Below, in pieces: positions 49,555 to 57,151 of a stretch of DNA of 64,000 bases. A program made the position numbers and the translations under genes. The stretch comes from a virus (lineage: Duplodnaviria; Heunggongvirae; Uroviricota; Caudoviricetes): the IMG/VR virus record IMGVR_UViG_3300009285_000002; one strand, written 5' to 3'. The notes under the pieces are model-generated. The model did not search any database. It was not told where the DNA came from and was given only the letters and a program-made list of their open reading frames with translations. Within the stretch, counting starts at the first letter, position 1; every line of letters begins with the position of its first letter.

Positions 49555-50296
49555 AATATATAATATGAGCTGTTTAGATGGACTAAAGTTACTGGAACAA
49601 AATAGTGTGGATTTGGTAATAACCTCTCCACCATACAATGTACAAGTTCCATATGACTCTTGGGCAGATAATATGCCTGTGGAAGAATACTTCACTTTTA
49701 CTAAAGAGTGGCTAACCCTGGTATACACAGCACTAAAACCAGATGGTAGGATAGCACTAAATATTCCATACGAAAGCAACTATAACTATTTAGATTGGGG
49801 AAGGTGCTTTCTAGTAGCTGAGTATTGGAAGATGATGAAAGAAATCGGTTATCACTTTGCCGGTGTAGTGGACTTGAAAGAAGAGCATCCACAGCACCAT
49901 TCTCCAAGAGGGAGCTGGATGTCCCCCTCTGCGCCTTATATATATAATCCAAAAGAATGTGTGGTTATTGCTTATAAGGAACAGTGGAAAAAGAATAAGC
50001 AATCCACTAAATACTTTATAGGTGAGGAAGGAAGAAAAGAGTATCTTTCACTTCTCTACGGCTCTTGGCCATATAGAGCGGAAACAAAGAAGTGGACTAA
50101 AGCAAACTTCTCTTTGGATATACCAATGAACTCCTTGAAGATGCTCTCTTGGGAAGATGACCTAATTGTAGACCCATTTATGGGAAGTGGAACTACAGCC
50201 GTAGCCTGTAAAATGCTAAAAAGGGACTACATTGGATTTGAGATTAGCCCCGAATATACTAAAGTGGCAGAAGAAAGAATAAACACTGTTGTTTAA
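49541..50296 (+). CDS. DNA methyltransferase (beta-class N6A/N4C, PF01555-like)
   Basis: Motif IV LVITSPPY at the N-terminus and motif I DPFMGSGTT at the C-terminus. Confidence 0.6.
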   Translation: MEVNKIYNMSCLDGLKLLEQNSVDLVITSPPYNVQVPYDSWADNMPVEEYFTFTKEWLTLVYTALKPDGRIALNIPYESNYNYLDWGRCFLVAEYWKMMKEIGYHFAGVVDLKEEHPQHHSPRGSWMSPSAPYIYNPKECVVIAYKEQWKKNKQSTKYFIGEEGRKEYLSLLYGSWPYRAETKKWTKANFSLDIPMNSLKMLSWEDDLIVDPFMGSGTTAVACKMLKRDYIGFEISPEYTKVAEERINTVV

Positions 50297-50332
50297 TTTG
50301 CTGTATAATTATTACAAAATAAGGAGAAAATT

Positions 50333-50620
50333 ATGCTAAAGTTGCAGAATGGCCTACAAGTTTATTTCAAGCACTACCCGGACGAAGATGGTAACTCATA
50401 TTCAGGTCTACCATATCATGGAAGAACCCTCTGTGTAATTGAGGACTCAGTAGCTGGGGAATGCCTAAGAGATGGGGAATCCTTCTGTGGATTGAATGAA
50501 GATAGGTTTGATAAAGCTGTTGGTAGAAAGGTGGCGCTTGCCAAAGCCTTGGAAGGTGCTCCTAGAGAATTCCGTACTGAGGTATGGAATAAATATATTG
50601 AAACAGTAAAGCATCTTTAA
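50333..50620 (+). CDS. hypothetical protein
   Basis: 95 aa with an AAGGAGAAAATTATG ribosome-binding site. Confidence 0.4.
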   Translation: MLKLQNGLQVYFKHYPDEDGNSYSGLPYHGRTLCVIEDSVAGECLRDGESFCGLNEDRFDKAVGRKVALAKALEGAPREFRTEVWNKYIETVKHL

Positions 50621-50631
50621 TTAGATGCTAT

Positions 50632-50705
50632 GCCGTCGTAGCTTATGTGGAAAAGCGGGAATTTTGTAAATTCCAGACAGTGGGTTCGACTCCTCACCGA
50701 TGGCT
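50632..50705 (+). tRNA. tRNA-Thr(TGT)
   Basis: Hand-folded: acceptor GCCGTCG/CGATGGC, D stem GCTT/AAGC, anticodon stem GGAAT/ATTCC with loop TTTGTAA, and T loop GGTTCGACTCC. No encoded CCA. Confidence 0.55.
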
Positions 50706-50709
50706 CTAT

Positions 50710-50782
50710 TATCCCGTAGTTCAGATGGAAGAACGCTTGTCTTTGAAACAAGAGGTCGGATGTTCAAATCATTCCGGGATAG
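50710..50782 (+). tRNA. tRNA-Gln(TTG)
   Basis: Acceptor TATCCCG/CGGGATA, D stem GTTC/GAAC, anticodon stem CTTGT/ACAAG with loop CTTTGAA, and T loop TTCAAAT. Confidence 0.55.
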
Positions 50783-50787
50783 CTAAT

Positions 50788-50859
50788 GCTCTTATCTTAT
50801 AGTGGCTAATAAACTAGACCCTCAATCTAGTAACTTGGGTTCAATTCCCAATAAGAGCA
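50788..50859 (+). tRNA. tRNA, anticodon uncertain (loop CCCTCAA, read as CTC/Glu)
   Basis: Acceptor GCTCTTA/TAAGAGC, D stem TTAT/ATAA, anticodon stem CTAGA/TCTAG, and T loop GGGTTCAATTCCC. Position 33 is C. Confidence 0.4.
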
Positions 50860-51118
50860 CAGAGGTAAATATGATTACTAAAATACTAAATGGAGTTATC
50901 TGGTATGATTACAAAGGTGATGAAATCTGTTGGAATGGGGGGGGGGTATATATCCCTTCTTTGTGAGGGGGAGTTTGACTCTCTGGAAGAAATGGATCAA
51001 TTTTGGGAAGACTATGGTAACAGTTTTCGTAGACAGGAAATATAGGTAACTAAAGATATGGCTATGGATGCTGGAGACTTATTCCTTGAAGGACAAATCT
51101 GGCAGTGGTAGCACAAAT

Positions 51119-51191
51119 GCTCTCTTGGTCTATTGGCTAAGACGCCTCCCTTTCAAGGAGGAAACAGCAGGTTCGATTCCTGTAGAGAGCG
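51119..51191 (+). tRNA. tRNA-Glu(TTC)
   Basis: Acceptor GCTCTCT/AGAGAGC, anticodon stem CCTCC/GGAGG with loop CTTTCAA, and T loop GGTTCGATTCC. Confidence 0.55.
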
Positions 51192-51257
51192 CTAGTAGGT
51201 TCTGTGTCAAGGGAGATACGGACGTAAGATAGGCAAACACTCCTCTGCCTACAATAT

Positions 51258-51330
51258 GTTGGATATGGTATATCGGAATTATGTCTACCTGTGAAGTAGA
51301 AGAGCTGGGTTCAACTCCCAGTATCCAACC
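51258..51330 (+). tRNA. tRNA-His(GTG)
   Basis: Acceptor GTTGGAT/ATCCAAC, anticodon stem TCTAC/GTAGA with loop CTGTGAA, and T arm CTGGGTTCAACTCCCAG. The D arm is weak. Confidence 0.45.
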
Positions 51331-51341
51331 ATATAAAATAT

Positions 51342-51413
51342 TGTCCTATAGCTCAATGGTGACCCTTCGCTCTGTTAAAGCGAAGGTTCGTGGTTCAAGT
51401 CCACGTAGGACAG
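51342..51413 (+). tRNA. tRNA-Asn(GTT)
   Basis: Acceptor TGTCCTA/TAGGACA, anticodon stem TCGCT/AGCGA with loop CTGTTAA, and T arm CGTGGTTCAAGTCCACG. Confidence 0.5.
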
Positions 51414-51537
51414 CTAAATCCAGTGGCATGTGGTTGTAAAGATGATATTACAAGCGGCCATGCTAAAAAATAAAAGAGCCGTACATACTCGGCACTGGAT
51501 TTTATTACCCCATAGCTCAACTGGAAGAATATAAACT

Positions 51538-52047
51538 ATGAGAAGAAGAACAAATCCATTATATAATATAGATAAGCAAACTCTATTAGACGCTGTGATA
51601 AATAGCAAGTCAATAGCAGAAGTCCTAGATAGATTGAATGTACCTAGATTTATTGGTAGTAGCTATGAAATATTTAGAAACCTATGCAAAACTTATGACC
51701 TTACTGATGAATTCAGAAAGCTAAAAGATAGAAGTAAGGAAACAATAAAGAAGCAGGTAAGTCATGTCGGAATAAAATACTCGCTAGATTATATATTAGT
51801 AGAAAACAGTACTTACAAGAGTAGAACTGAGCTAAAGAAAAGGCTGGTGAATTGTGGTATGCTAGTTAATAGGTGTAATATATGTAGTTGTGATCCAATA
51901 TGGAATGGAAAGAACTTAGTATTTATACTTGACCATATAAATGGGATTCATAACGATAACAGATTTGAAAACCTACAACTGGTGTGTCCAAACTGCAACA
52001 GTCAACTTAGTACATTTTCTGGAAGGAACAAAAAATACAAGCATTGA
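51538..52047 (+). CDS. HNH homing endonuclease
   Basis: C-terminal CNICSC...ILDHINGIHNDNRFENLQLVCPNCN HNH/Zn motif. The gene sits inside the tRNA array and its stop codon overlaps the 5' end of the next tRNA. Confidence 0.6.
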   Translation: MRRRTNPLYNIDKQTLLDAVINSKSIAEVLDRLNVPRFIGSSYEIFRNLCKTYDLTDEFRKLKDRSKETIKKQVSHVGIKYSLDYILVENSTYKSRTELKKRLVNCGMLVNRCNICSCDPIWNGKNLVFILDHINGIHNDNRFENLQLVCPNCNSQLSTFSGRNKKYKH

Positions 52048-52115
52048 CATATAGTATAATGGTAGTACAAAGGACTCTGAATCCTTTAGTAGTTGTTCAA
52101 ATCAACTTATGTCAG
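52045..52115 (+). tRNA. tRNA-Gln(CTG)
   Basis: Acceptor TGACATA/TATGTCA, D stem GTAT/GTAC, anticodon stem AAGGA/TCCTT with loop CTCTGAA, and T arm AGTTGTTCAAATCAACT. Confidence 0.5.
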
Positions 52116-52151
52116 CAAGGTTTGAGGTTCGAGACCTCAGAGGGTAGCTAT

Positions 52152-52237
52152 GGAAGATTGACGTAATGGTATCGTAGAGGGTTGCTAACCCTTCCTGCAT
52201 ATAATGTGCAGTACAGGTTCGAGTCCTGTATCTTCCG
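52152..52237 (+). tRNA. tRNA-Ser(GCT), type II
   Basis: Acceptor GGAAGAT/ATCTTCC, anticodon stem GAGGG/CCCTT with loop TTGCTAA, long variable arm CTGCA..TGCAG, and T arm ACAGGTTCGAGTCCTGT. Confidence 0.5.
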
Positions 52238-52320
52238 CCTAGTTAGTAAAAGTGTTGGTAGCTGACCTGACAGATACACGCCCTATGATATGACCATACG
52301 GACATAGGCAACTAACTTAT

Positions 52321-52404
52321 GGAGAGTGGCGTAAAGGCTACAAACATCTCTTGAAAAGATGGCTCGTGAGTAAAATCCGAAGGGTTCGATTCCTTCACTC
52401 TCCG
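52321..52404 (+). tRNA. tRNA-Ser(TGA), type II
   Basis: Acceptor GGAGAGT/ACTCTCC, anticodon stem CATCT/AGATG with loop CTTGAAA, long variable arm, and T arm AAGGGTTCGATTCCTTC. Confidence 0.5.
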
Positions 52405-52444
52405 CTGTGCAATATAAATCATACAGTAAAAAAGGAGAAATGAT

Positions 52445-52684
52445 ATGCAAGGATACTCACTAAAAAGTACAGTACATTCAAACCAGTTTATGCTCTTAGC
52501 AATGGACAAAGATTCACATGAGATGGTAGTTAAACCTGGTGTATATAATACATATGCAGAGGCACTGCACGCTGCTCAGAAGTTAGCCGGCACTTTTACA
52601 TACGCTAAATATATTGTGGTGGCTGTGGCAGCGGTCACTGAATCTATTAATAATCCAGTGGTAACTACTAAATATTCTATATAA
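52445..52684 (+). CDS. hypothetical protein
   Basis: 79 aa with an AAAAGGAGAAATGATATG ribosome-binding site. Confidence 0.4.
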   Translation: MQGYSLKSTVHSNQFMLLAMDKDSHEMVVKPGVYNTYAEALHAAQKLAGTFTYAKYIVVAVAAVTESINNPVVTTKYSI

Positions 52685-52695
52685 GGAGTACGCGT

Positions 52696-52824
52696 ATGTC
52701 ACATATAAAAGGTGCTAAAAAGCATTATGTAGTAACTGATGCCGATGGTGACGTATGGACTGATTGGTTATATCTGTATGAAGTCATATACTATAGAATC
52801 ATAGGTTGCACAGTAGAAAAGATA
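52696..52824 (+). CDS. small protein
   Basis: 42-aa ORF not in the supplied track, with a TAAGGAG ribosome-binding site. Confidence 0.25.
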
Positions 52825-52895
52825 TAGATATAGATACGGTTCCCACTAATGAGTGGAGGCAGTTCTACCAGAAGAACCCTGTATTGTGTAAGCAG

Positions 52896-52976
52896 GATCC
52901 GTTCCCGTACTGGCCACGCCTTCTAAGCGATAGGTGCATAATGGATAATGTGGGTTCGACTCCCACCGGGAACTCT
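52896..52976 (+). tRNA. tRNA-like element, possible degenerate tRNA (CCTTCTAAG suggests Arg-TCT)
   Basis: Perfect acceptor GTTCCCG/CGGGAAC and T arm GTGGGTTCGACTCCCAC. I could not fold a canonical D or anticodon arm by hand. Confidence 0.3.
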
Positions 52977-53091
52977 GTAAGTAACTATGGCACAACATAA
53001 CAAAAAGCGTTAAATATGGAAAGATCTAGGTTCGAGTCCTAGTGAGAGCACCTGTGGGAAGTATGATGTTCATCATACTTTAAGAGGAGAT

Positions 53092-53472
53092 ATGCCGAAC
53101 ATAAACTGCGAGGAAGCACATAAATATTTTAATGTTTTAGATGCCGAAACTGGTTTAGTAAGAAGCGTGCTAATACACAAAGAAGGGGACCATGAGTTTG
53201 TGCCATACTCTGTTCCAGTTACTTTTGAGCTTATTGATTCAACAATAACTGTTACTACTACTCCAGTAAGAATATGTGATGCGCTATGTAGTATAAAAAT
53301 ACGAATTCAGAACTCGTCTACAAATAGAAATGTGCTAATTGGAAACTCGGTATCGCAGCACATGGTAATATATCCAAAAGAAAGTTTAGAGATGTATATT
53401 GATGACCCGTCCAAGATATACATTAAGTCTGCATCTGGATCTGCTGTTGTAAATTGTTTAGTATACTGTTAA
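53092..53472 (+). CDS. hypothetical protein
   Basis: 126 aa with an AAGAGGAGATATG ribosome-binding site. Confidence 0.4.
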   Translation: MPNINCEEAHKYFNVLDAETGLVRSVLIHKEGDHEFVPYSVPVTFELIDSTITVTTTPVRICDALCSIKIRIQNSSTNRNVLIGNSVSQHMVIYPKESLEMYIDDPSKIYIKSASGSAVVNCLVYC

Positions 53473-53563
53473 TATAGTAAATGTGGGGTCACAAGTGCGG
53501 TCACGGAAAGATAACGTAAGAAAAGTAACTACTCCGTATAAATGTTCCTGCCCCCCGCATTAT

Positions 53564-53635
53564 ACATCTATAGTGTAATGGATAACACAGATGGCCACGG
53601 ACCATTTAATCCGAGTTCGAGTCTTGGTAGATGTA
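53564..53635 (+). tRNA. tRNA-Arg(ACG)
   Basis: Acceptor ACATCTA/TAGATGT, D stem GTGT/ACAC, anticodon stem GATGG/CCATT with loop CCACGGA, and T arm CCGAGTTCGAGTCTTGG. Confidence 0.5.
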
Positions 53636-53650
53636 TAAAGGAGAGAGTAA

Positions 53651-53908
53651 ATGATAAGTAAATCACAGGCAAGAAGAATCGACGAACAAAAAGGTACTGA
53701 AATCATTTTACGCAATCGCTGTCAATGTTCTGTATGTCTTGACATAATCGAAAGTAAATCACGTCACGACTTCGTACAGTGTCGTTGCAGGCGCATTTTC
53801 ACTGACGGCGGCACTGATTACATTCGCAGGGGCTTCACTGACCCCTCTGACTTGATTGACCTTACTGAAATGCAAGATTCTACCCTTGACACATCAGATA
53901 AAACATGA
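53651..53908 (+). CDS. hypothetical Cys-rich protein
   Basis: 85 aa with an AAGGAGAGAGTAAATG ribosome-binding site and a CQCSVC...CRCRR pattern. Confidence 0.4.
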   Translation: MISKSQARRIDEQKGTEIILRNRCQCSVCLDIIESKSRHDFVQCRCRRIFTDGGTDYIRRGFTDPSDLIDLTEMQDSTLDTSDKT

Positions 53909-54096
53909 TAAAATAGGACTAATAATGAAGATAAACAAAGCAGTAAAGCGAGACAGAAAGATATTCAAAAGAAAGAACGGAATGGTTGTTAGTGGAAAAA
54001 GCGTGTTCTTAATACAAAGAGAACATATTAAAAAAGCTGTTGCAGCAAAAAATAAATAGTGTGGCAGGTTACATTCCAGGACTTACTACACTATAT

Positions 54097-54167
54097 GGGC
54101 GTCTCGTATAAAGGGATTACAGTTGATTTGCAATCAACTTATTAGAGTTCGATTCTCTAGACGTCCA
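54097..54167 (+). tRNA. tRNA-Ala(TGC)
   Basis: Acceptor GGGCGTC/GACGTCC, anticodon stem GTTGA/TCAAC with loop TTTGCAA, and T arm TAGAGTTCGATTCTCTA. Confidence 0.55.
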
Positions 54168-54270
54168 CAAGGCTTACAGCACAAAGCGAAAACACATTAA
54201 AAGCAGATAAAATATGTTTTGCTACCTATACATATAAAAGAAAGATGTGCTGTAAGCTCTGCCATAACAT

Positions 54271-54339
54271 GGGTAATTCGTAATGGTAACGAACAATTCT
54301 CCAAAAATTGTTGAGTGGGTTCAATTCCTACATTGCCCG
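54271..54339 (+). tRNA. tRNA-Trp(CCA)
   Basis: Acceptor GGGTAAT/ATTGCCC, anticodon stem CAATT/AATTG with loop CTCCAAA, and T arm GTGGGTTCAATTCCTAC. The D arm is short. Confidence 0.45.
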
Positions 54340-54350
54340 CAATAGAAATA

Positions 54351-54426
54351 GCGTCCTTAGCTAAATTGGATAGTCAGCAGTTCCCTCTTAAGGAAAAGGT
54401 TGAGAGTTCGAGTCTCTCAGGGCGCA
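54351..54426 (+). tRNA. tRNA-Lys(CTT), tentative
   Basis: Acceptor GCGTCCT/AGGGCGC and T arm GAGAGTTCGAGTCTCTC. The anticodon arm has 4 bp plus a mismatch, with loop CTCTTAA. Confidence 0.4.
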
Positions 54427-54465
54427 CCTGTGCAAAAAAAACTTACTAAAAGGAGAGCAAATAAA

Positions 54466-54621
54466 ATGTTATTTTCACATAAAGAAAGTGGCCAAGGTCT
54501 TGTAGAGTATATAATGGTACTTGTAGCAGTTATAATTCTGGTCACTATAGCATTTCTACTACTTGGACCCTCTATCGGAAATATGTTTAGTTCACTAAAC
54601 TCCAGTCTGAACGGAATCTAA
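54466..54621 (+). CDS. Flp/Fap-type pilin-like micro-protein (class III signal peptide)
   Basis: MLFSHKESGQG-LVEYIMVLVAVIILVTIAF matches the Flp prepilin G/xxxEY cleavage motif followed by a hydrophobic helix. AAAAGGAGAGCAAATAAAATG ribosome-binding site. The track ORF 54400 starts earlier, inside the tRNA. Confidence 0.4.
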   Translation: MLFSHKESGQGLVEYIMVLVAVIILVTIAFLLLGPSIGNMFSSLNSSLNGI

Positions 54622-54629
54622 ACAAAGGT

Positions 54630-54818
54630 ATGCATATGGAAGATAAAACAAACAAACAAAACATGAAAATGCTTCTCGTGTATATTATGTCATTCTTTGC
54701 GTGTATAGTTATAGTGATGCTGATGAGCGTAATATTTGGCTTTGGACTTCCATCCACGGTAGTAAATCCGTATGATAGACCGGCATCGTCACTGTCATTT
54801 CACGATCATCGTTTATAA
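54630..54818 (+). CDS. small membrane protein
   Basis: 62 aa with transmembrane segment MLLVYIMSFFACIVIVMLMSVIFGF. Confidence 0.4.
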   Translation: MHMEDKTNKQNMKMLLVYIMSFFACIVIVMLMSVIFGFGLPSTVVNPYDRPASSLSFHDHRL

Positions 54819-54830
54819 AAAGGAGCGTCT

Positions 54831-54950
54831 ATGGAAATTTTATTCGCTGTATTACTACTAATGTTCTTCCTATTATTGGAGATAAAGAAAAGAAAGGATA
54901 CTCCGTATAAAGACTATGCAAGTGGGAAAGATAAAATGGACCCTAGAGAT
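54831..54950 (+). CDS. small membrane protein
   Basis: 39-aa ORF not in the supplied track. AAAAGGAGCGTCTATG ribosome-binding site. Transmembrane segment ILFAVLLLMFFLLL. Confidence 0.3.
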
Positions 54951-55036
54951 TAATTAACTAATACAACATTTGCAGTCCCGGTTATGACTATAAACTAAGA
55001 CCTGGCGACCTAGGCATGTCGGGTAAAACTGCCCAA

Positions 55037-55109
55037 TGCTCCTATATCTCAATGGTTAGAGAAATCGTCTTATAAGCGATGGGTTCTAGGTTCGACTCCT
55101 AGTGGGAGC
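55037..55109 (+). tRNA. tRNA-Ile(TAT), tentative
   Basis: Acceptor GCTCCTA/TGGGAGC, D stem TCTC/GAGA, anticodon stem ATCGT/GCGAT with loop CTTATAA, and T arm CTAGGTTCGACTCCTAG. Confidence 0.45.
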
Positions 55110-55196
55110 ACTTATAGCACACCGTACAAACACGTAATACGTTAACGGGGCATGTCCTGTGTGGGAAGATAACGTCGGTGTGTTATAAAAATTTGA

Positions 55197-55268
55197 TGCG
55201 GGTGGAAGGTAAGGCATCTTAATGGGCCCATAACCCATACAAACGGGATTCAATTTCCCGACCCGCTA
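55197..55268 (+). tRNA. tRNA-Met(CAT), initiator-like
   Basis: Anticodon stem ATGGG/CCCAT has three consecutive G-C pairs next to the loop CCCATAA. Positions 1:72 are an unpaired T:T above a 6-bp GCGGGT/ACCCGC stem. D stem AAGG/TCTT and T arm CGGGATTCAATTTCCCG. Confidence 0.5.
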
Positions 55269-55338
55269 CTAATTAGTACACGGTCACTTAATGACCTTAA
55301 ATGTAAGCGTATTCCGCTAACGACACGGGCGTGCTGAT

Positions 55339-55410
55339 GCGGGTATGGTGTAATGGTAACACAGAATTCTTCCAAAATTCTATTGTGAGTTCGAGTCCCA
55401 CTATCCGCTC
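55339..55410 (+). tRNA. tRNA-Gly(TCC)
   Basis: Acceptor GCGGGTA/TATCCGC, D stem GTGT/ACAC, anticodon stem GAATT/AATTC with loop CTTCCAA, and T loop GTTCGAGTCC. Confidence 0.55.
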
Positions 55411-55570
55411 TTATGAATCCAAGACAAACTAAACTAGGGTTTTATGCAGTAAAGTTATATAGCTTAGGCTATATTATATATCAGGTTTTTTTCAACGGAT
55501 CTAAGTTTATAAATGTTGACGGTGCAGAGTACGAATTTTCTGATATTCAGTATTTCTATGAGGAGTAAAT

Positions 55571-55723
55571 ATGGCTATATTTAATTGTACGTGCGTGCAT
55601 GAATTTCAAGATAAGACCTATGGGGCCGGAAAACGAGTTTTTAACCTTGGAAAGTCAAACTACAGATGCACGGTATGTAAGTCAACTAAGCCACTTTTGG
55701 GTAACGAAAAGAAAGTAGCTTAG
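55571..55723 (+). CDS. small zinc-ribbon protein
   Basis: 50-aa ORF not in the supplied track, with a GAGGAGTAAATATG ribosome-binding site. CTCVH...CTVC pattern. Confidence 0.3.
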   Translation: MAIFNCTCVHEFQDKTYGAGKRVFNLGKSNYRCTVCKSTKPLLGNEKKVA

Positions 55724-55748
55724 TAGTAGGCTAGTAGTTATATAACTT

Positions 55749-55835
55749 GGGTAGTCGGCGAAGTTGGAGGGTCGTACCTGACTGTAAATTAGGCTTCTTT
55801 ACAAGAACTAGCAGGTTCAAATCCTGCACTACCCA
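55749..55835 (+). tRNA. tRNA-Tyr(GTA), type II
   Basis: Acceptor GGGTAGT/ACTACCC, anticodon stem CCTGA/TTAGG with loop CTGTAAA, variable arm TTCT..AGAA, and T arm GCAGGTTCAAATCCTGC. Confidence 0.5.
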
Positions 55836-55919
55836 CTGTGTATAGGAAAGATATACACTTTCGTATAGGAACACTCTTTCTGAGCTTCTACCGGATAAGC
55901 TCACTAAACCCCGGTATAT

Positions 55920-56003
55920 GCATCTGTGTTGGAACTGGCAGACAAGCTGGTCTTAGAAACCAGTACCCTAAAAAGTGTGGAGGTTCAAATCCTCTCAGAT
56001 GCA
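55920..56003 (+). tRNA. tRNA-Leu(TAG), type II
   Basis: Acceptor GCATCTG/CAGATGC, anticodon stem CTGGT/ACCAG with loop CTTAGAA, long variable arm, and T arm GGAGGTTCAAATCCTCT. Confidence 0.5.
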
Positions 56004-56097
56004 CAAGCAAAGTACTTTGCTAGGAATATGTATGTACATGGGAAGGCTGAAACACTTTGACCCGTTGCCGGATACCATATCTCTGCATATTCCGTAC

Positions 56098-56172
56098 GCA
56101 AGCGTGAAGGGAATTGGCATACCTACTAAGCTCAAAACTTGGTGCATATTGGTTCAAATCCAATCGCTTGCA
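56098..56172 (+). tRNA. tRNA, anticodon uncertain (loop CTCAAAA read as CAA, but type-I length)
   Basis: Acceptor GCAAGCG/CGCTTGC and T arm ATTGGTTCAAATCCAAT. Anticodon stem CTAAG/CTTGG. Confidence 0.4.
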
Positions 56173-56247
56173 CAATGTACGTGTGTAGAGGTTCGATTCC
56201 TCTAAAAGTTGGTCAGGCACTATACTATCGTAGGTAACGTACATTAT

Positions 56248-56330
56248 GCTCTTGTGGCGGAACTAGGCAGACGCTGAGGACTTAAAATCCCCTTCCTTCG
56301 GGAGTGTGGGTTCGATTCCCACCTTGAGCA
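56248..56330 (+). tRNA. tRNA-Leu(TAA)-like, possibly impaired
   Basis: D region TGGCGGAACTAGGCAGACGC closely matches E. coli tRNA-Leu. Anticodon loop CTTAAAA, variable arm TCC-TTCG-GGA, and T arm GTGGGTTCGATTCCCAC. The acceptor GCTCTTG/CTTGAGC has two U:U mismatches. Confidence 0.4.
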
Positions 56331-56359
56331 CACTATAAAACAGTAAAAGGAGATAAAAA

Positions 56360-56575
56360 TTGACATCTATAGAATTCAAACTTAGCATCAAGCAATCAGT
56401 AAAAATAACCAATATTAACACTTTGGGTACAGTAATTGGCTACTATGTAGGTGATTCTGGTATTCAATACCAGGTTGCATATTTCTTAAATGGAGAGCGT
56501 AAAGTTATGTACCTATACGAAGAAGAGTTGGGAGATCCTAAAGAAGATACTGGGATTGGGTTTATTACTAAATAA
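56360..56575 (+). CDS. hypothetical protein
   Basis: TTG start with an AAAAGGAGATAAAAATTG ribosome-binding site. 71 aa. Confidence 0.35.
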   Translation: MTSIEFKLSIKQSVKITNINTLGTVIGYYVGDSGIQYQVAYFLNGERKVMYLYEEELGDPKEDTGIGFITK

Positions 56576-56713
56576 TAAAGGACACCGAGACATGATAAAA
56601 AGAATATTATGTGGTACTACAACTGAAAATGATGTATGGGGGGTGTTTTTCTATCTATTTATAGCACTTGCACTTGGCATACTTATAGGCTCTCTTTGAC
56701 GGTAAATTGCCTA

Positions 56714-56742
56714 TTGACAAATAGCATTAACTATGATATAAT
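56714..56742 (+). promoter_or_regulatory. sigma70-consensus promoter
   Basis: CTATTGACAAA context, 17-nt spacer, TATAAT at 56737-42. It lies in an AT-rich ORF-free stretch upstream of the 57152 gene. Confidence 0.55.
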
Positions 56743-57151
56743 ATGTATAAATTAAGCACTTGACATGGTGTTTATCCTAGGTTACTAGACCTTAATAACT
56801 AGCTCACTACCTACGAGTGGAGATGAGTATGAATGAATCCAATCACGGACATTCCTCTTCATAATGGCTAACTCGCTATCTTAATTTTGTTCGTGAATAG
56901 AAACTAGCGCAGCTTAGTTCTATTCAACTTACCTATTCATAAAAGGGGAAGATTAAACTAAATTTCTTTAGAGATTTTCTTAAGTACTTAAACATTAAAC
57001 CTTAAGAGCATATCTCCTAAACAATCTAACGATTGTTTATTAGAATTGTTAGATAATAGATTAGTAGCTAAGTAACATAATAAACAGTTAACTATATCTA
57101 ATACATATGTAAATTCTTGAACGAAAACCATTAATATACAAAAGGATAAAA

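Noticed and set aside
52120-52140. GAGGTTCGAGACCTC as an additional tRNA
   Set aside because: It is only a T-arm-like hairpin, with no acceptor, D or anticodon arms.
52806-53000. Track ORF 52806-53000 (64 aa)
   Set aside because: It overlaps the tRNA-like element at 52896-52976 and has no ribosome-binding site. It is probably spurious.
54400-54465. N-terminal 22 aa of track ORF 54400-54621
   Set aside because: That start lies inside the 3' half of the tRNA at 54351-54426. A strong ribosome-binding site precedes the internal ATG at 54466.
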